From the NCBI RefSeq assembly GCF_009914755.1, contig NC_060936.1: 64,000 nt of DNA; one strand, 5' to 3'. How positions within the stretch are numbered: position 1 is the first letter of the stretch; every line of letters begins with the position of its first letter. This stretch comes from the human T2T-CHM13v2.0 reference genome, Homo sapiens. The position numbers and the translations under genes are program-made. Shown here piece by piece: positions 60,500 to 64,000 of the stretch. A model generated the notes under the pieces. The model was not told the DNA's origin, searched no databases, and saw nothing but the letters and a program-made list of their open reading frames with translations.

Positions 60500-62640
60500 A
60501 TCACGGATGCTCAGCTTCGGGTAACTCTCACAGTGGAAAGTAAGCCCGTCCCCTTCTTAATCAATACGGAGGCTACTCACTCCCCATTACCTTCTTTTCA
60601 AGGGCCTGTTTCCTTTGCCTCCATAACTGTTGTAGGTATTGATGGCCAGGCTTCTGAACCCCTGAAAACCCCCCCACTCTGGTGCCAACTTGGAAAACAC
60701 TCTTTTATGCACTCTTTTTTAGTTATCCACACCTGCCCAGTTCCCTTATTAGGCCGAGATATTTTAACCAAATTATCTGCTTCCCTGACTATTCCTGGAC
60801 TACAGCTGCATCTCATTGCTGCCCTTCTCCCCAACCCAAAGCCTCCTGTGCATCTTCCTCTCCTATTCCCCCACCTTAACCCACAAGTATGGGACATCTC
60901 CACTCCTTCCCTGGCAACCGATCACATGCCTGTTACCATCCCATTAAAACCTAATCACCCTCACCCCGCTCAACGCCAATATCCCATCCCACAGCACGCT
61001 TTAAAAGGATTAAAGCCTATTATCGCTCGCCTGCTACAGCATGGGCTTCTAAAACCTATAACTCTCCTTACAATTCCCCCATTTTTCCTGCCCAAAAACC
61101 GGACAAGTCTTACAGATTAGTTCAGGATCTGCGCCTTATCAACCAAATTGTTTTGCCTATGCACCCCATGGTGCCAAACCCATATACTCTCCTATCCTCA
61201 ATACGTGCCTCTACAACCCATTATTCTGTTCTAGATCTCAAACATGCTTTCTTTACTATTCCTTTGCACCCTTCATCCCAGCCTCTCTTCGCTTTCACTT
61301 GGACTGACCCTGACACCCATCAAGCTCAGCAAATTACCTAGGCTGTACAGCCGCAAAGCTTCACAGACAGCCCCCATTACTTCAATCAAGCCCAAATTTC
61401 TTCCTCATCTGTTACCTATCTCGGCATAATTCTCATAAAAACACATGTGCTCTCCCTGCCAATCATGTCCGACTGATCTCTCAAATCCCAGCACCTTCTA
61501 CAAAACAACTCCTTTCCTTCCTAGGCATGGTTAGCATGGTCAGAATTCTTACACAAGGGCCAGGACCACACCCTGTAGCCTTTCTGTCCAAACAACTTGA
61601 CCTTACTGTTTTAGCCTAGCCCTCATGTCTGCGTGCAGCGACTGCCGCTGCTTTAATACTTCTAGAGGCCCTCAAAATCACAAACTATGCTCAACTCACT
61701 CTCTACAGTTCTCATAACTTCCAAAATCTATTTTCTTCCTCATACATGATGCATATACTTTCTGCTCCCCGGCTCCTTCAGCTGTACTCACTCTTTCTTA
61801 ATTCTCCACAATTACCATTGTTCCTGCCCCGGACTTCAATCCGGCCTCCACATTATTCCAGATACCACACCTGTCCCCCATGACTGCACCTCTCTGATCC
61901 ACCTGACATTCACCCCATTTCCCCACATTTCCTTCTTCCCTGTTCCTCACCCTGATCACACTTAGTTTATTGATGGCAGTTCCACCAGGCCTAATCACCA
62001 CACACCAGCAAAGGCAGGCTATGCTATAGTACAAGCCACTAGCCTGCCTCTTAGAATCTCTCATTTCCTTTCCAGCATGGAAATCTATCCTCAAAGAAAT
62101 AATTTCTCAGTGTTCCATCTGCTATTCTACTACTACTCATGGATTATTCAGGCCCCCTCCCTTCCCTACACATCAAGCTCAAGGATTTGCCCCAACCCAG
62201 GACTGGCAAATTAGCTTTACTCAGCATGCCGCAAGTAAGATAACTACAATAACTCTTAGTCTAGGTAGATACTTTCACTGGATAAGTAGAGTCCTTTCCT
62301 ATAGGGTCTGAGAAGGCCACTGCAGTCATTTCTTCCCTTCTGTCAGACATAATTCCTCAGTTTAGCCTTCCCACCTCTATACAGTCTGATAACGGACCAA
62401 CCGTTATTAGTCAAATCAGCCAAGCATTTTTTCAGGTTCTTAGTATTCAGTGACAGACTAATAGTCTATTAAAAACACACCTCACCCAGCTCAGCCACCA
62501 ACTTAAGAAGGACTGGACAATACTTTTACCACTTTTGCTTCTCAGAATTCAGGCCTGTCCTCGGAATGAAACAAGATAACAGCCCATTTAAGCTCCTGTA
62601 TAGATGCTCCTTTTTATTAGGCCCCAGTCTCATTACAGAC
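60500..62640 (+). pseudogene. pol: HERV-H pro-pol relic
   Basis: Protease FLINTEAT (catalytic DTG lost) and GRDIL; RT YRLVQDLR and LDLKHAFF, with no YxDD seen; RNase H *FIDGSS; integrase LLV*VDTFTG*VE and QSDNGP. Confidence 0.88.
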
Positions 62641-63218
62641 ACCAGACCAACTTAGACTGTGCCCCCAAAAAACTGGTCATCCCTACTATCTTCTGTCTAG
62701 TCATACTCCTATTCACCGTTCTCAACTACTCATACATGCCCTGCTCGTGTTTACTCTGTTTCTCCAAGCCATCACAGCTGATATCTCCTGGTACTGTCCC
62801 CAAACTGCCACTCTTAACACTTAAAGTAAATAAATAATCTTTGCTGGCAAGGCTATGCTGAACCTCCTTAGGCACTCTCTAATTAGATGTCCCAGGTCCT
62901 CCCAATTCTTAGTCCTTTAATACCTGTTTTTCTCCTTCTCTTATTCCATTTAGTTTTTCAATTAATACAAAACTGTATCCAGGCCATCACCAATAATTCT
63001 AAATGACAAATGTTTCTTTTAACAACCCCACAATATCACCCCTTACCACAAAATCTTCCTTCAGCTTAATCGCTCCCACTTTAGGTTCCCACGCCACCCC
63101 TAATCCCGCTGGAAGCAGCCCTGAGAAACATCGCCCATTATCTCTCCACACTATCCCCCAAAAATTTTCGACGCCCCAACACTTCAACACTATTTTGTTT
63201 TATTTTTCTTATGAATAT

Positions 63219-63231
63219 AAGAAGGCAGGAA
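63219..63231 (+). promoter_or_regulatory. Polypurine tract
   Basis: aagaaggcaggaa immediately before the 3' LTR. Confidence 0.85.
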
Positions 63232-63683
63232 TGTCAGGCCTCTCAGCACAAGCCAAGCCATCACATCCCCTGTGACTTGCATGAATATGCCCAGATGGCC
63301 TGAAGTAACTGAAGAATCACAAAAGAAGTGAATATGCCCTGCCCCACCTTAACTGATGACATTCCACCACAAAAGAAGTGTAAATGGCCAGTCCTTTCCT
63401 TAAGTGATGACACTACCTTGTGAAAGTCCTTTTCGTGGCTCATCCTGGCTCAAAAACACCCCCTCTGAGCACCTTGTGACCCCCACTCCTGCCCGCCAGA
63501 GAACCAACCCCCTTTGACTGTAATTTTCCTTTACCTACTGAAATCCTATAAAATGGCCCCACCCTTATCTCCCTTCACTGACTCTCTTTTCGGACTCAGC
63601 CCACCTGCACCCAGGTGAAATAAACAGCTTTATTGCTCACACAAAGCCTGTTTGGTGGTCTCTTCACACGGACGCAAGTGAAA
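63232..63683 (+). promoter_or_regulatory. HERV-H 3' LTR (LTR7); AATAAA at 63619-63624
   Basis: 452 bp, colinear with the 5' LTR; about 23 substitutions by hand count. Confidence 0.95.
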
Positions 63684-64000
63684 CTCACTAGGAAGTGCCA
63701 GACAGTGGGCGCAGGTCAGTGGGTGCAGCATACTGTGCACCAGCCAAAGCAGGGCGAGGCATTGCCTCACTCGGGAAGCACAAGGGGTCAGGGAGTTCCC
63801 TTTCCTAGTCAAAGAAAGGGGTGACAGATGGCACCTGGAAAATCGGGTCACTCCCACCTGAATACTGTGCTTTTCTGACCGGCTTAAAAAACGGCACACC
63901 AGGAGATTATATCCAGCACATGGCTAGGAGGGTCCTACAGCCACAGAGTCTCGCTGATTGCTAGCACAGCAGTCTGAGATGAAACTGCAAGGCAGCAGCG
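63684..64000 (+). mobile_element. Continuation of the L1PA 5' UTR (runs off the window)
   Basis: ctcactaggaagtgccagacagtgggcgcaggtcagtggg... resumes exactly where 57489 stops. Confidence 0.93.

Larger units (their letters stand above)
57490..63683 (+). mobile_element. HERV-H provirus with both LTR7s (6194 bp; internally deleted, non-coding type)
   Basis: Two 452-bp LTRs, CTCAC TSD (57485-57489, 63684-63688), tRNA-His PBS, PPT, and gag/pro/pol relics. Confidence 0.97.

Noticed and set aside
59480-63200. Functional HERV-H gag/pro/pol/env
   Set aside because: Many stops and frameshifts, protease DTG replaced by NTE, no RT YxDD seen, and only a short non-coding env-region remnant.

Overview
Primate (almost certainly human) genomic DNA, AT-rich and repeat-dense. 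It contains the last 12 coding exons and 3' UTR of SLCO1C1 (OATP1C1, the thyroid-hormone/organic-anion transporter) on the + strand (542 to ~47650). The exons splice by GT-AG into one uninterrupted 1868-nt frame ending WPGKETQL*; the first ~271 coding nt lie upstream of the window. Introns and 3' flank hold a full-length Tigger1, about a dozen Alus (including an AluYb8), L1/L2/MIR relics, MER3/MER30, and solo LTRs (LTR22-like, MLT1A, THE1/MST). The 3' end is a nested stack: an old L1 ORF2 relic, an unexplained ~225-bp mRNA-like insert, then an L1PA 5' UTR split by a complete two-LTR HERV-H/LTR7 provirus (57490-63683, CTCAC TSD, tRNA-His PBS). I see no new multi-gene system. The most noteworthy signals are: (1) 113 bp copied from one Alu's flank into another Alu 30.7 kb away, with a fold-back/tandem repair scar; (2) an expanded 42-bp minisatellite in the HERV-H leader giving 13 helically phased GATA motifs; (3) systematic Trp-to-stop G-to-A changes in HERV-H (APOBEC3G-like); (4) a dual-frame terminal SLCO1C1 exon; (5) an AT-rich block bounded by inverted repeats. 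Family and subfamily names come from recalled consensus sequences, not database searches, and all counts are by hand.
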